A DNA stretch of 64,000 bases from Gammaproteobacteria bacterium (GCA_029882355.1 JAOUKV010000014.1:3923-67922), one strand, 5' to 3'; positions 41,117 through 51,129 are shown, counted from the stretch's first letter. Notes: a model not told the origin generated them from the letters alone. Translations and numbers: made by a program.

Positions 41117-42916
41117 ATGAATGACCGAGATGATTCGCTAACTGAAATATCTGGAGCAAGGCAGTCCTCGCATCATGTAAGGGTTCAGGCTGAGTTGATT
41201 AATCTTTTGTACCAGCAAACCAGAACAGTCCTATTTGGTTTAACGGCCGCAGCCACCGCCGTCGCCATTATTTTTTATAATAATGTGCCGAATGAGCAGG
41301 TCATAATTTGGATAACCATTGTCTACTGTTTGACAATTATTAGGTATCTATTTGCAAGGCAATTTAAATCTAGAGAAAGAGATCCAGACGATACAATAAA
41401 GTGGGGTTGGCAATTTGTATTTTTTGCCTTTCTTTCGGGTTGTACGTGGGCCGCAGCTACTATGGTGTTTTTCACGCCAGAAAATATGCAGCTGTTTATT
41501 ATTCTAACCCTGATCATTATTGGTCTGACGATAACATCCATGGCCGCACTGTCCGCTTTTCTCTGGGCTTATTATGCTTACGCTATCCCCGCGATGTTGC
41601 CGATTATTTGGCGATATATGAATATGGGTGAACAGGCGTACAATGTTTTCGGTATATTGATGCTAATATTTATTGTTACCTTGTTTCCCTTTGCAAAGGT
41701 AAATCATAGAACATTGCGACAATCTATCATGCTTCGTTTTGAAAATATTGACCTTGTTCAGCAACTGACAGAGCAGAAAGAAAAGGCAGAACAAGCAAAA
41801 AAGGTTGCAGAAGAAGCAAATATCGCAAAAACAAAATTCCTTGCTGCAGCTAGCCACGATTTGCGCCAGCCTTTACATGCAATAGGTTTGTTTTTAGGTG
41901 CATTGGAAGATCGAGTCGAAAAAGAAGATCAAAAATCAATCGTACAGAAAATTCAAACATCAAGTCATGCATTGAGTGACTTACTAGATTCATTGTTAGA
42001 TATTTCAAAACTTGATGCCAATGTTGTGCAGGTGGAACCAAAGTTTTTTTACATTCAAAACTTATTTGATATCCTTGCGCATGAGTTTGAGACCCATGCA
42101 TCTGAAAAAAATCTCCGTTTAAGATTTGTAAAAACAAACATATGTCTGGAAAATGATTACGCTATCCTTGATCGTATTCTTCGTAATTTAATATCAAATG
42201 CCATTAGATACACAAATAAAGGTGGTGTAGTTATTGGTTGTCGTCGTCATAAAGGCAGTATATTGCTGGCTGTTTATGATACCGGCATTGGCATTCGTGA
42301 TGAAGAAATGAAGGGTGTATTTCAAGAATTTCATCAGCTGCATAATCCCGAAAGAGATAGGTCAAAAGGTCTTGGTCTCGGCCTTGCAATTGTTAAGCGT
42401 ATGGCTCAATTATTAAATGCGCCACTGCTAACTGCGTCTGTTCCAGGCAAAGGATCTATGTTTGGTCTGATTATTTCCCGAGCGTCATCGATTCAAGAAC
42501 TAGAAGTGGTATCAAATATCGATGTAAGCCAGACGTATTTTGATAATAAACTAATTCTGATTGTTGATGATGAAATGGAAATTCGTGACAGCCTAACAGA
42601 GTTGTTACTAAGTTGGGATTGTAAGGTTATTGCAGCGGCCTCTGGTGAGGAAGCGGTGCAGGCATTGAGTAACGGCAAGGTGATACCGGATATTATTCTG
42701 GCAGATTACCGTTTGCGCGATAGTGAAACAGGCAATGAGGTTATTCGTAAAATACAATCTATGTGTACGAATCACACAATACCGGCGATCATTATTACAG
42801 GAGATACCGCGCCTGATCGAATTAAAGAGGCAAATACGAGTGGCTACAAGATTCTGCATAAGCCTGTATCACCCAATGAGCTTCGATTACTGATGGCTGG
42901 GATTTTGTATCAATAA
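41117..42916 (+). CDS. Hybrid sensor histidine kinase (multi-TM, HisKA, HATPase, REC)
   Basis: About 6 TM segments; ASHDLRQPL; NLISNAIRY, DTGIG and GLGLGL boxes; C-terminal receiver domain. Confidence 0.93.
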   Translation: MNDRDDSLTEISGARQSSHHVRVQAELINLLYQQTRTVLFGLTAAATAVAIIFYNNVPNEQVIIWITIVYCLTIIRYLFARQFKSRERDPDDTIKWGWQFVFFAFLSGCTWAAATMVFFTPENMQLFIILTLIIIGLTITSMAALSAFLWAYYAYAIPAMLPIIWRYMNMGEQAYNVFGILMLIFIVTLFPFAKVNHRTLRQSIMLRFENIDLVQQLTEQKEKAEQAKKVAEEANIAKTKFLAAASHDLRQPLHAIGLFLGALEDRVEKEDQKSIVQKIQTSSHALSDLLDSLLDISKLDANVVQVEPKFFYIQNLFDILAHEFETHASEKNLRLRFVKTNICLENDYAILDRILRNLISNAIRYTNKGGVVIGCRRHKGSILLAVYDTGIGIRDEEMKGVFQEFHQLHNPERDRSKGLGLGLAIVKRMAQLLNAPLLTASVPGKGSMFGLIISRASSIQELEVVSNIDVSQTYFDNKLILIVDDEMEIRDSLTELLLSWDCKVIAAASGEEAVQALSNGKVIPDIILADYRLRDSETGNEVIRKIQSMCTNHTIPAIIITGDTAPDRIKEANTSGYKILHKPVSPNELRLLMAGILYQ

Positions 42917-42952
42917 GACTGGATAGTATAAGTTTCGTTTGGTGCTGTGAAT

Positions 42953-43579
42953 CTAGACCATGCCATTTTTCGTTGCATACTGAACGGCCTGTGTTCGATT
43001 GCTGGCATTAAAGGCTTTTAATATTGCTGCAACATGTGAACGCACGGTTGACTCGGTCAGGTCTAGCGCTTTACCAATATCTTTATTTGATTTACCTGTT
43101 GCTAGTTCGATTAGTACATCATTTTGACGAGACGTTAAATTATGATTGGGACTAACTGACGGACTATCTAAAGCAGCGCTATTTTTTTGCAGTATCTGCG
43201 GAGGAACATAGGTGCCGCCAGCAATAATCAATTGCAGGGCATTGAGTATTATTTTTGATGGCGATGATTTAGGAATATAACCACGAGCGCCGTGTTGCAG
43301 CGCCTGTTCAACCATGCGATGGTCTTCTGTGCCAGAAAGCACAACTATTAACGAATCGGTGGCTTGTTGCTGGATGGCAGTTAATGCTTCAAGGTGGCTT
43401 ATTCCAGGTAAGCCAAGATCCAGCAATATCAAATCAAGATCACTGTGCGTATCCATAATATCTATTGCCGATTCATAGCTTCCAGCCTCAAAGGGCTCAA
43501 TAGTAGTATTTAACCCACTCAGCACCAATAGCAGGCCGTCACGAAATAGTGCATGGTCATCAATTATTAAGACTTTCAT
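42953..43579 (-). CDS. NarL/LuxR family response regulator
   Basis: IDDH.LFR.G, LLDL.LPG; HTH LTSRQ..VL....GKSNK.I...L...ESTV.SHV. Confidence 0.95.
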   Translation of the reverse strand: MKVLIIDDHALFRDGLLLVLSGLNTTIEPFEAGSYESAIDIMDTHSDLDLILLDLGLPGISHLEALTAIQQQATDSLIVVLSGTEDHRMVEQALQHGARGYIPKSSPSKIILNALQLIIAGGTYVPPQILQKNSAALDSPSVSPNHNLTSRQNDVLIELATGKSNKDIGKALDLTESTVRSHVAAILKAFNASNRTQAVQYATKNGMV

Positions 43580-43627
43580 CTTGTATCCACTTCTAATCTT
43601 ATTCTTAAAAAAGATAATACCAGCTTC

Positions 43628-43687
43628 TTAGGCCATAAGGCTTAAGCTTTTTGGCTAATTTACAGCGGGCTGGCTCGAATACATACT
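43628..43687 (+). promoter_or_regulatory. Putative operator plus sigma70-like promoter of lipoprotein gene 1
   Basis: TAGGCC-ATAA-GGCTTA overlapping TAAGCT-TTTT-GGCTAA, then -35 TTTACA (43659-43664), 17 bp, -10 CATACT (43682-43687); same layout recurs at 48227-48284. Confidence 0.7.
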
Positions 43688-43771
43688 TAAATCAGTATTC
43701 GAAGTGGATACATTGGGGTTTTTCCACAACAAAAGTATCCACGGATAGATAATAAAAAGCAGGTGACTTCA

Positions 43772-46372
43772 ATGAATTTAGTAAAACAATATATCTTAAT
43801 TTTTCTTGTGGTATTAATGACGGCTTGTGGCGGCGGTGGGGATAGTGCTCCAGCAGCTCCTGCGCCAGCACCAGATATAACCGCGCCCTATGTGTCCAGC
43901 GCTATTCCAACGAGTAGTAGCGTGGTAAGCACACTAACTTCGGTTGATATTACTTTTAGTGAAGATGTCACAGGGGCAGATGTTTTTGCTAACTATTCCC
44001 TGTCAGGTATTGGAGTGGGTACTCTGATATTGAATTCTGTTACTTATGCTAATCAGGTAGCAACGCTATCGATTACTGGTTTGGTAAATAATGGAACAAT
44101 AGATATTGGTTTGAATAATGTGGCTGATCTGGCAGGTAATGTATTACCTGTCTATACGTTAACCATTTCTGGAACGACGACGAGTCCAACGCAAACAGCT
44201 GTACCAGCCTCTGGTACTAATAACCTGACGTCATTAAGTACGGTAGAAATTACTTACTCTAAAGAGACGCAGAATGCTACCGACCCTGCTAATTACATTT
44301 TATCAGGTTCGGCGTCAGGTACGTTGAGTCTTGATACTGTTGTATTAAAAACAGGCGCTACCGATACCTATGTGCTGACTTTTAGCGGTACACCGACTGA
44401 TGGTATTTTAAATATTGATATTACTGGCATAACTGACCTGCTGGGTAATGCATTGGCTGGTACGAATATTAATTACACCTTTGATATAACGGCGCCTCAA
44501 ATATCTACAACTGTTCCCGCAAATGGGGAATTATCAAATGCGGCACCAACGATCATAACAGTCAATTACAGTGAAGCTGTGAATGGAAAAGATTTATTGG
44601 CTAATTATGTTCTTTCTGGAACGGCCCTTGGTGGAGTAACCATCACGAATGTGCTGTCTGCATCAAGCCAGTCATCAGCTGTATATCTAAGTGGAGCAGC
44701 TGTTGAAGGATCATTGATATTGACCATCAATAATATTACCGACCCTGCGGGCAATGCGCTGACAGGAAGCAATGCAATAACAATAAATATCGACCCCGTT
44801 GCACCAACGCGCAGCTGGACACCTACTGAAGGTGCAGTTTTTAATGCGATATCTACCGCAACGGTAGCTTATTCAGAACCCGTATTGAATGGAGATAATA
44901 TTGCTTCATATAATTTAGTCGGAAACTCTATAGGTACTTTAGCTATAGCTAGTATCACCAACACCCCTGCTGGTAGTAATACTTATGTTCTAAATTTTAG
45001 CGGTAGTCCAGTAGAAAATATTACTTATAAAGATGTCACCATACTACCTGGTTATCCCTCAGTAACAGACCTGGCGGGAAATACTATATCGAGCCAGATA
45101 CATTGGTTTATTGATCAAACTTTACCAACAATATTGTCATTTGAACCTGCTATTGGCGCTGTTGCGTTAACTGAGCTGAGCAACATAAGGGTAGAATTTT
45201 CTGAGGCTATGTCAGCGGATGTCACAGATCCAACGAGTTATGCATTAAGTGGTGCAGGTGTTGGTAGTCTAACCGTAGGTACGCCAGTGCTGGTCTCAGG
45301 CAACATTTATGATATTCCTCTAACAGGTGCGCCAGGTGTAGGTGATGTGACATTATCAATCGCACCATCAGATGCTGTTGGTAATTCTGCGGTAGAAAGT
45401 ATTACCTATACCTTTGGTGCTCAAGCTACCAGTATCGTCGCTAAAACTTCGGGTGTCGCCAGTGATTTAGTGAGTATTGCAACGGATGGCGGCAGAATAA
45501 TTGCGATAGCGACAGACAGCGCTAACACTATTCAAAGTATTGATGGCGGTGCCAACTGGGGTGCTATTGGTGCATTACCCTGCGGCACAGGTCTTGATGA
45601 AATTATATATGCTGGGGGGCAGTGGACGACAATTGGTGGTACGAATGGAAGTTATACGGCTGCTTGTAATAGTGCAGATGGCGCTACCTGGGTAAATGCT
45701 AGTGCCGCTAGTGGCACGATAACGACAACCTATCTTGATTTTGCAGGCATTGTGCATGATGGTACCAAGTACGCAGCTATAGGTACAAATCCTGCCAGTA
45801 CAAATCCTGGGAGTATGTGCATGCACTCTTACAGTAATGATGCTGCGGCATGGACAGGTCTGGCTTATTGCCCTACAACAACCAACCCATACGCTGTAAG
45901 CACTAAGCCAAATGGTATTCATTTTGTGAATGGTCATTACTTTATGACAGGCTCAAATATTTTGTTGGGTCCTACTCTGTCTCAAAAGACGGATATAACA
46001 ACAACGGCCTTCTGGACAAAAAGAGCGGCGTTTAACGGTGCTTATAAGATTATTCATGATGGAAGCAATTATCTGGTAGCAGGCACACAAGGTGGTAAAG
46101 CGAGCATCGGCGTTTCTGCCGATCTGGGTACGTGGAATTATATTTTAGTGTCAGATATTAATACGACCTTATATGACATTGCTTATGACGCAACAGGTGG
46201 GTATGTAGCAGTTGGAAATGCTGGGCTAATTCTCACCAGTTCTGATGGTTCAAATTGGATTCAACAGATTGCAGTAACCAGTGCTAATTTGAATAGTGTA
46301 TTGTGGGATGCAGCGGCAGCCAACTGGATTGTGGTTGGTAGTGGTGGCACTGTTTTGACTGTGACGCCATAA
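43772..46372 (+). CDS. Large surface lipoprotein: about 5 Ig-like (Big_5-type) repeats plus beta-propeller-like C-terminus
   Basis: Lipobox LMTAC-GGGG; repeated (F/Y)SE.V...NY.L.G and D.AGN motifs; BNR-like S.DG..W motifs in the C-terminal third; start ATG 43772 after AGGTGA. Confidence 0.82.
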   Translation: MNLVKQYILIFLVVLMTACGGGGDSAPAAPAPAPDITAPYVSSAIPTSSSVVSTLTSVDITFSEDVTGADVFANYSLSGIGVGTLILNSVTYANQVATLSITGLVNNGTIDIGLNNVADLAGNVLPVYTLTISGTTTSPTQTAVPASGTNNLTSLSTVEITYSKETQNATDPANYILSGSASGTLSLDTVVLKTGATDTYVLTFSGTPTDGILNIDITGITDLLGNALAGTNINYTFDITAPQISTTVPANGELSNAAPTIITVNYSEAVNGKDLLANYVLSGTALGGVTITNVLSASSQSSAVYLSGAAVEGSLILTINNITDPAGNALTGSNAITINIDPVAPTRSWTPTEGAVFNAISTATVAYSEPVLNGDNIASYNLVGNSIGTLAIASITNTPAGSNTYVLNFSGSPVENITYKDVTILPGYPSVTDLAGNTISSQIHWFIDQTLPTILSFEPAIGAVALTELSNIRVEFSEAMSADVTDPTSYALSGAGVGSLTVGTPVLVSGNIYDIPLTGAPGVGDVTLSIAPSDAVGNSAVESITYTFGAQATSIVAKTSGVASDLVSIATDGGRIIAIATDSANTIQSIDGGANWGAIGALPCGTGLDEIIYAGGQWTTIGGTNGSYTAACNSADGATWVNASAASGTITTTYLDFAGIVHDGTKYAAIGTNPASTNPGSMCMHSYSNDAAAWTGLAYCPTTTNPYAVSTKPNGIHFVNGHYFMTGSNILLGPTLSQKTDITTTAFWTKRAAFNGAYKIIHDGSNYLVAGTQGGKASIGVSADLGTWNYILVSDINTTLYDIAYDATGGYVAVGNAGLILTSSDGSNWIQQIAVTSANLNSVLWDAAAANWIVVGSGGTVLTVTP

Positions 46373-46400
46373 ATATTTTTACAAAAAGAGAGAAGTGAGT

Positions 46401-47246
46401 ATGGATAAAATAAAATTGTACGTCGCATTATCACTGTCTGTATTACTAGCAGGCTGCAGTTTTGGCAAAAACACGGTAGATGTAGAAGCCGTGAAGAAAG
46501 TAAAAACGGTAGCAGTAATTATGTACAGCGTGCCAGAGAAAATTGTGTATAGATCTGATGCGCGAGATAACTCAACCAGTGTTCTTGGTGCGTTAGCAGA
46601 AACCTCAATTGGTAATAATGGCGCACAGGCTGCAGAAGCAGCGATAAAAACATTTACTGAAACATTACAGAAACAAAATCTATCTTTTACGGTTATGTCG
46701 CATTCAGATGTTATTTCTAATCCAGGTTTTAGTGCTTTATATATACCTGCAAGCGCTGTTGATAAACAGTTGGATGAAAGTTTGTTAGGTAAGTCACTTA
46801 GTTTTCTGGGTAGCTTAAGTGGTGGTGCAGATTATACAGCAGCCGCGCCAAATAAAATGAATCAGTATGGTTTAGTAAAAGCATGGCATGGTGATACAGC
46901 GTTAACAAATAAACCTGCCGAACTTAAATATATTAAAAATGCGATTGAAGCACTGAAAGTAGATGCTGTATTAGTTGTAAATGATATGGGTTTCTCCTTT
47001 TCCTGTGAAGCGTGTATTGGTTCAAATGGTGTAGCATCAACAGGTTCTGCTTTTAATGCGACATTGGTCAGTCGTTTCGGCTCTATAATGAATATTCGTG
47101 AATGGTTTGCTACAACGGATGAGCAGGGCGTAATGGCCATGGGCATTGTCGATCCAACAGAGCATGAAGCGTTATTTGAAGAGCATGGTCGTAGAATGGC
47201 TGAAGTGTTTGCATCGGCAGCTAAAGAAAGTCTCATGGTGAAATAA
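46401..47246 (+). CDS. Hypothetical lipoprotein
   Basis: Lipobox LLAGC; CEAC motif; 28 bp after the upstream gene. Confidence 0.8.
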   Translation: MDKIKLYVALSLSVLLAGCSFGKNTVDVEAVKKVKTVAVIMYSVPEKIVYRSDARDNSTSVLGALAETSIGNNGAQAAEAAIKTFTETLQKQNLSFTVMSHSDVISNPGFSALYIPASAVDKQLDESLLGKSLSFLGSLSGGADYTAAAPNKMNQYGLVKAWHGDTALTNKPAELKYIKNAIEALKVDAVLVVNDMGFSFSCEACIGSNGVASTGSAFNATLVSRFGSIMNIREWFATTDEQGVMAMGIVDPTEHEALFEEHGRRMAEVFASAAKESLMVK

Positions 47247-47270
47247 TAAATTGGGAAGTAATGTAGGACT

Positions 47271-47304
47271 AGAATAAGGTTGCGTAAATACACGACCTTA
47301 TTCT
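47271..47304. terminator. Intergenic hairpin (terminator or mRNA stabiliser)
   Basis: AGAATAAGGT...ACCTTATTCT 10-bp inverted repeat, weak U-tract. Confidence 0.5.
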
Positions 47305-47382
47305 GGCGCTACATTTAAAATATGATGGGAATGAATTCTAATAAGATAGATTTACGACAATGGTCGTAATAGGAGAGTAATT

Positions 47383-47985
47383 ATGAAAAAGTTAATAACA
47401 GTAGCATCAGCCATATCGGCATTAATATTAATCAATGGTTGCAGTAGCGACAGTGCCACCACCACTGCTGCTGCAGGCTCACCAATATCTGTTATCACCA
47501 TATCTGGATCAACAGTGAGTCTTGATGGTTCATACAGCACAGGTTGTGTAGACCGTACTCTCGAGGGAGGAAGTGGTTGGTATAAGGATGACATGACCAT
47601 TGCTGGCTCTACATTGAATACCAGTTCAGCTGAATACAGCGACATCGCCTGTACTGTCGAAACGGGTGCAGGTACTGTTGAAGCCACACTGGCTGTAGGC
47701 ACTGATTCCGCTATTACTGGCTGGATTGGAGCTGGCGACGCTGGCGGAACATTTATTCCAACAGCATCTGATGGTTCTGGTCCATTAGGTTTGACGGAAG
47801 CAGTGACCATGCTTACCGCTACCGTCGTTAGCGGTACGGGTTGGAATGCCAGCTTACCTGCAGGCACCGTCATAGATCTCTTTTACGTTGTGGATGATAC
47901 CGGTACAAACAAAGTACTTTATGAAGACGATGATGCGTTTGGTGGCAGCACTTTAGCAAACAATATTGCAAGTACTCAGTTATAG
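47383..47985 (+). CDS. Hypothetical Thr/Ser/Gly-rich lipoprotein
   Basis: AGGAGA RBS; lipobox INGC; beta-rich composition with two further Cys. Confidence 0.8.
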   Translation: MKKLITVASAISALILINGCSSDSATTTAAAGSPISVITISGSTVSLDGSYSTGCVDRTLEGGSGWYKDDMTIAGSTLNTSSAEYSDIACTVETGAGTVEATLAVGTDSAITGWIGAGDAGGTFIPTASDGSGPLGLTEAVTMLTATVVSGTGWNASLPAGTVIDLFYVVDDTGTNKVLYEDDDAFGGSTLANNIASTQL

Positions 47986-48000
47986 ATCTGGTTGACTATA

Positions 48001-48039
48001 AAATAGTCATGCCGCTGTATGTGGCATGGCTATTTTTTT
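48001..48039. terminator. Intrinsic terminator after the 47383 lipoprotein, overlapping the stop codon of the duplicated hydrolase tail
   Basis: AAATAGTCATGCCGC-TGTAT-GTGGCATGGCTATTTTTTT. Confidence 0.8.
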
Positions 48040-48208
48040 GTTTTAAACCAATTATCTATTTCGTTAGTAACGAATTCAGTATCTGTTTTGTTAGACAAAA
48101 GATGATCAGAATTCTCCAAAGTAATAATTTCTGACTCGCCTTTTACCCAGTCGTTTAATTCTTCAGCATTTTTTTCACTCACCAATGCATCGTTGTTCAC
48201 GCTAAATA
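48030..48208 (-). pseudogene. Orphan 3' fragment of the alpha/beta hydrolase gene at 51130-51882
   Basis: Encodes FSVNNDALVSEKNAEELNDWVKGESEIITLENSDHLLS...; 48094-48208 matches 51194-51308 at 109/115 nt (offset 3100). Confidence 0.92.
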
Positions 48209-48226
48209 ACAGTTCTAGTTGCAACC

Positions 48227-48284
48227 TTAGCCATAAGGCTTAAGCCTTTAGTTGGTATACAACCTGTTCACGTATGGGCATACT
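48227..48284 (+). promoter_or_regulatory. Second copy of the operator plus promoter, upstream of lipoprotein gene 4
   Basis: TTAGCCATAAGGCTTAAGCCTT contains the perfect palindrome AAGGCTTAAGCCTT (48235-48248); -35 TATACA (48256-48261), 17 bp, -10 CATACT (48279-48284). Confidence 0.7.
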
Positions 48285-48391
48285 ACAAACATTAGAAAAG
48301 ATAGGGTAATAATTGATGCATCTCATGATGCTGGAATGTCGATTATAAGCTCAAAGATTGTAAAAAATTAACTTAGCAAAGAGTAAAAAAA

Positions 48392-50995
48392 ATGAATTTA
48401 ATAAAGCTATATGCGGTAATTATTGTATCTGTATTAGTCACAGCCTGTGGTGGTGGCGGTGGTGCATCTGCACCTGCGACGGTCACTTATGCTGTCACGG
48501 CCAGTGCTGGCGCGGGTGGTGCTATTAGCCCGACCAGTAGTGACGTTGATGATGGCGGTACCGTTAGCTTAACGGTTACACCTGATACGGGTTACAGCAT
48601 TGCTAGCGTCACTGGCTGTGGTGGTGGTCTTACAGGTAATACTTACACGACTGCGGCAGTAACCGCTGCCTGTATCGTTGATGCAACGTTCAGCCTTAAT
48701 AGTTATACCGTCAGTGCTACTGCGGGAACAAATGGTGCTATCAGTCCAGCTAGTTCAATAGCTGATCACGGTGCGACGACAAGTTTTACAGTAACACCGG
48801 ATGCTAGTTTCAGCATTGCTAGCGTCACTGGCTGTGGTGGTAGTCTTACAGGTAATACTTACACGACTGCGGCGGTAACCGCTGCCTGTACTGTTGATGC
48901 AAGCTTTGCTTTAAATACATATACGGTCAGCACGGTTGCTGCAACTGGCGGTGCTATTAGCCCAGTTAACCCCATTGTTGATCACGGTACGATAGCTAGT
49001 CTCACAGTAACGCCAGAATTAGGTTATATCATTGGTACGGTGACGGGTTGTGTTGGTACGCTGGTGGGTGATACCTATACTACTGGAGCAGTTACTGCGG
49101 CTTGTACCGTTGATGCCTCATTTATTCTTGTTGGAAGCAATACTGTCACTGCGAATGCAGGACTGAATGGTGTTATTAGTCCCGCTTCAATTGACGTTAC
49201 CGATGGGCTAACAACTGGGCTGACAGTAACCCCCGATACGGATTACCTTATTGATACCATAGTTGGATGTGGTGGTACGTTGGTGGGTGATACTTATACT
49301 ACTGGTGCGGTCATTGCGCCCTGTGCCGTTGATGTAACGTTTATTTTTGATGGAACTCATACAGTAACGGCGAATGCAGGGGCAAACGGTACTATCACTC
49401 CGGCAATTGTTGATGCTATTCCAGACACGAGCGTTGATTTTCAAATCACCCCGGATGCTGATTACAGTATTGATAGTGTAACTGGTTGTGCTGGCTTTCT
49501 TGTTGGGCCTACTACGTATAGAACATCGGCTATAACAGCTGCTTGTACCGTTGATGTCACTTTCATCAATAATGTACCTGTGGCTGTAGCGAAAAATGTT
49601 GTTTCGGAAGTGCTTTCCTCTGTGGAACTGGATGGTAGTGCCAGCTCTGACGAGAGCGCTTTGACATATAGTTGGAGTGTTGTATCAGTAGCACCTGGTA
49701 GTGCGGTAATAGCATTAGTGGGTGACACGACCGCTAACCCAACTTTTACCCCCGATGTTGAGGGCGATTATCAGTTTACGCTGGTAGTTAACGACGGCGT
49801 GCAGGACAGTACACCCATCACAATAACGGTAACCGCGATATCAGCAGGTACAGCATTTTATAGCGCAGATGCTTTTCCAATCGACCTTCCTCTCGGCGCC
49901 ACCATTACTTCTACCATTGATGTGAGCGGTGGACCTGTGGCACTCTCTTACGTTCGAGTCTATATGGATCTTAGTCATACCTGGGATGCAGACGTGATCG
50001 CAACGCTAACCTCGCCAACGGGTACGGTGATTGATTTGGTCAGAGAAGAAGGTGGTTCTGCTAGTGATTTTAGTGTTACTACTTTTGATGATTTTTTCCC
50101 AACCACTTCGATTATTGATGGAGTTGCACCTTTTAATGGCCTGTTTTATCCAGAGCAGGCATTGAGCACTTTCAATGGTGAAGCCGCAGATGGCATCTGG
50201 ACTCTCACAGTCACGGATCTTTTTGACTTGGCTGACTCAGGCGTGCTGAATAGCTGGCGAATTGTTTTTCCTGATAGTGTTCCAGTCATGGCCAAAGTTG
50301 GTGCTGATCAGTTGGTGGCTGCTGGTGATATGGTGCAGCTGGATGGAAGCACTAGTGCTGGTGATCTAATAAGCTTTAGCTGGCAGCTCACCGCTATGCC
50401 TGCGGGAAGCGCTGCGGTATTAAGTGATGCAGGCATTGCTAACCCCACGTTCACTGCAGATTTGCCAGGTGAGTATCTTGCAGAGCTGACGGTGACCGAT
50501 GGTGTTGATGTTAGTACGGCTGTTGTGAGTGTTGTAGCGCAGCAGCCTTATGATCCTGCGGTGGCAACAACTTATAACAGTACGGATACACCAATCGCGA
50601 TACCCGATAACGATATCGTGACCGGTGCAAGCTCCAGCATTCTGGTGAGTGCAGACGTAGTATCGCTTTCGGGTGTGGCTGTTAGGTTGAGTATTAGCCA
50701 TACATGGTCTAGCGATCTCAATATCTACCTGGTCTCACCCGCGGGAACTCAGATTGAGTTGAGTATTGGCAATGGAGGCAGTGCTACTGATGCTTACATC
50801 GCGACAGGATTTTCTGATCTGGTGGCTAGTTCTATCATTGGTGCGCCTACACCTTACACAGGGTATTTTCAGCCAGAGGTACCGCTGAGTACATTGATAG
50901 GTGAAGATAGCAATGGAACATGGCAGTTGCTGGTCTTTGATGGTGCTGGTGCTGATACAGGCAACATAGAAAGCTGGGATTTACATATCTGGTAA
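48392..50995 (+). CDS. Large surface lipoprotein: 5 InlB-B-like repeats, 2 PKD-like domains, 2 proprotein-convertase P-domains
   Basis: Lipobox LVTAC-GGGGG; about 72-aa repeats TV.A.AG..G.ISP...TVTPD..Y.I..VTGC.G.L.G.TYTT.AVTAACTVDA.F; LDGS.S...W...P.FT.D..G.Y; SHTW..D....L.SP.GT and G.W.L.V.D....D.G...SW. Confidence 0.85.
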   Translation: MNLIKLYAVIIVSVLVTACGGGGGASAPATVTYAVTASAGAGGAISPTSSDVDDGGTVSLTVTPDTGYSIASVTGCGGGLTGNTYTTAAVTAACIVDATFSLNSYTVSATAGTNGAISPASSIADHGATTSFTVTPDASFSIASVTGCGGSLTGNTYTTAAVTAACTVDASFALNTYTVSTVAATGGAISPVNPIVDHGTIASLTVTPELGYIIGTVTGCVGTLVGDTYTTGAVTAACTVDASFILVGSNTVTANAGLNGVISPASIDVTDGLTTGLTVTPDTDYLIDTIVGCGGTLVGDTYTTGAVIAPCAVDVTFIFDGTHTVTANAGANGTITPAIVDAIPDTSVDFQITPDADYSIDSVTGCAGFLVGPTTYRTSAITAACTVDVTFINNVPVAVAKNVVSEVLSSVELDGSASSDESALTYSWSVVSVAPGSAVIALVGDTTANPTFTPDVEGDYQFTLVVNDGVQDSTPITITVTAISAGTAFYSADAFPIDLPLGATITSTIDVSGGPVALSYVRVYMDLSHTWDADVIATLTSPTGTVIDLVREEGGSASDFSVTTFDDFFPTTSIIDGVAPFNGLFYPEQALSTFNGEAADGIWTLTVTDLFDLADSGVLNSWRIVFPDSVPVMAKVGADQLVAAGDMVQLDGSTSAGDLISFSWQLTAMPAGSAAVLSDAGIANPTFTADLPGEYLAELTVTDGVDVSTAVVSVVAQQPYDPAVATTYNSTDTPIAIPDNDIVTGASSSILVSADVVSLSGVAVRLSISHTWSSDLNIYLVSPAGTQIELSIGNGGSATDAYIATGFSDLVASSIIGAPTPYTGYFQPEVPLSTLIGEDSNGTWQLLVFDGAGADTGNIESWDLHIW
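48485..49570 (+). repeat. Five tandem ~216-bp domain repeats within lipoprotein 4
   Basis: 48595-48674 and 48811-48890 differ at only 2 of 80 nt (offset 216); later copies are more diverged. Confidence 0.88.
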
Positions 50996-51038
50996 TGAAA
51001 TGTTTACCCGGGTAGGCTCGGGTTAAAGCAGTACAAAT

Positions 51039-51078
51039 AAAGCCCGCCATTCACCTGTTAGTGAGTGGCGGGTTTTTT
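51039..51078. terminator. Bidirectional intrinsic terminator
   Basis: AAAGCCCGCCATTCAC-CTGTTA-GTGAGTGGCGGGTTTTTT between convergent genes. Confidence 0.88.
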
Positions 51079-51129
51079 ATTGGCAAGCGTAAATGATTTG
51101 TGGAGTTTTAGAGTGGGGCTTTTTTCCGC

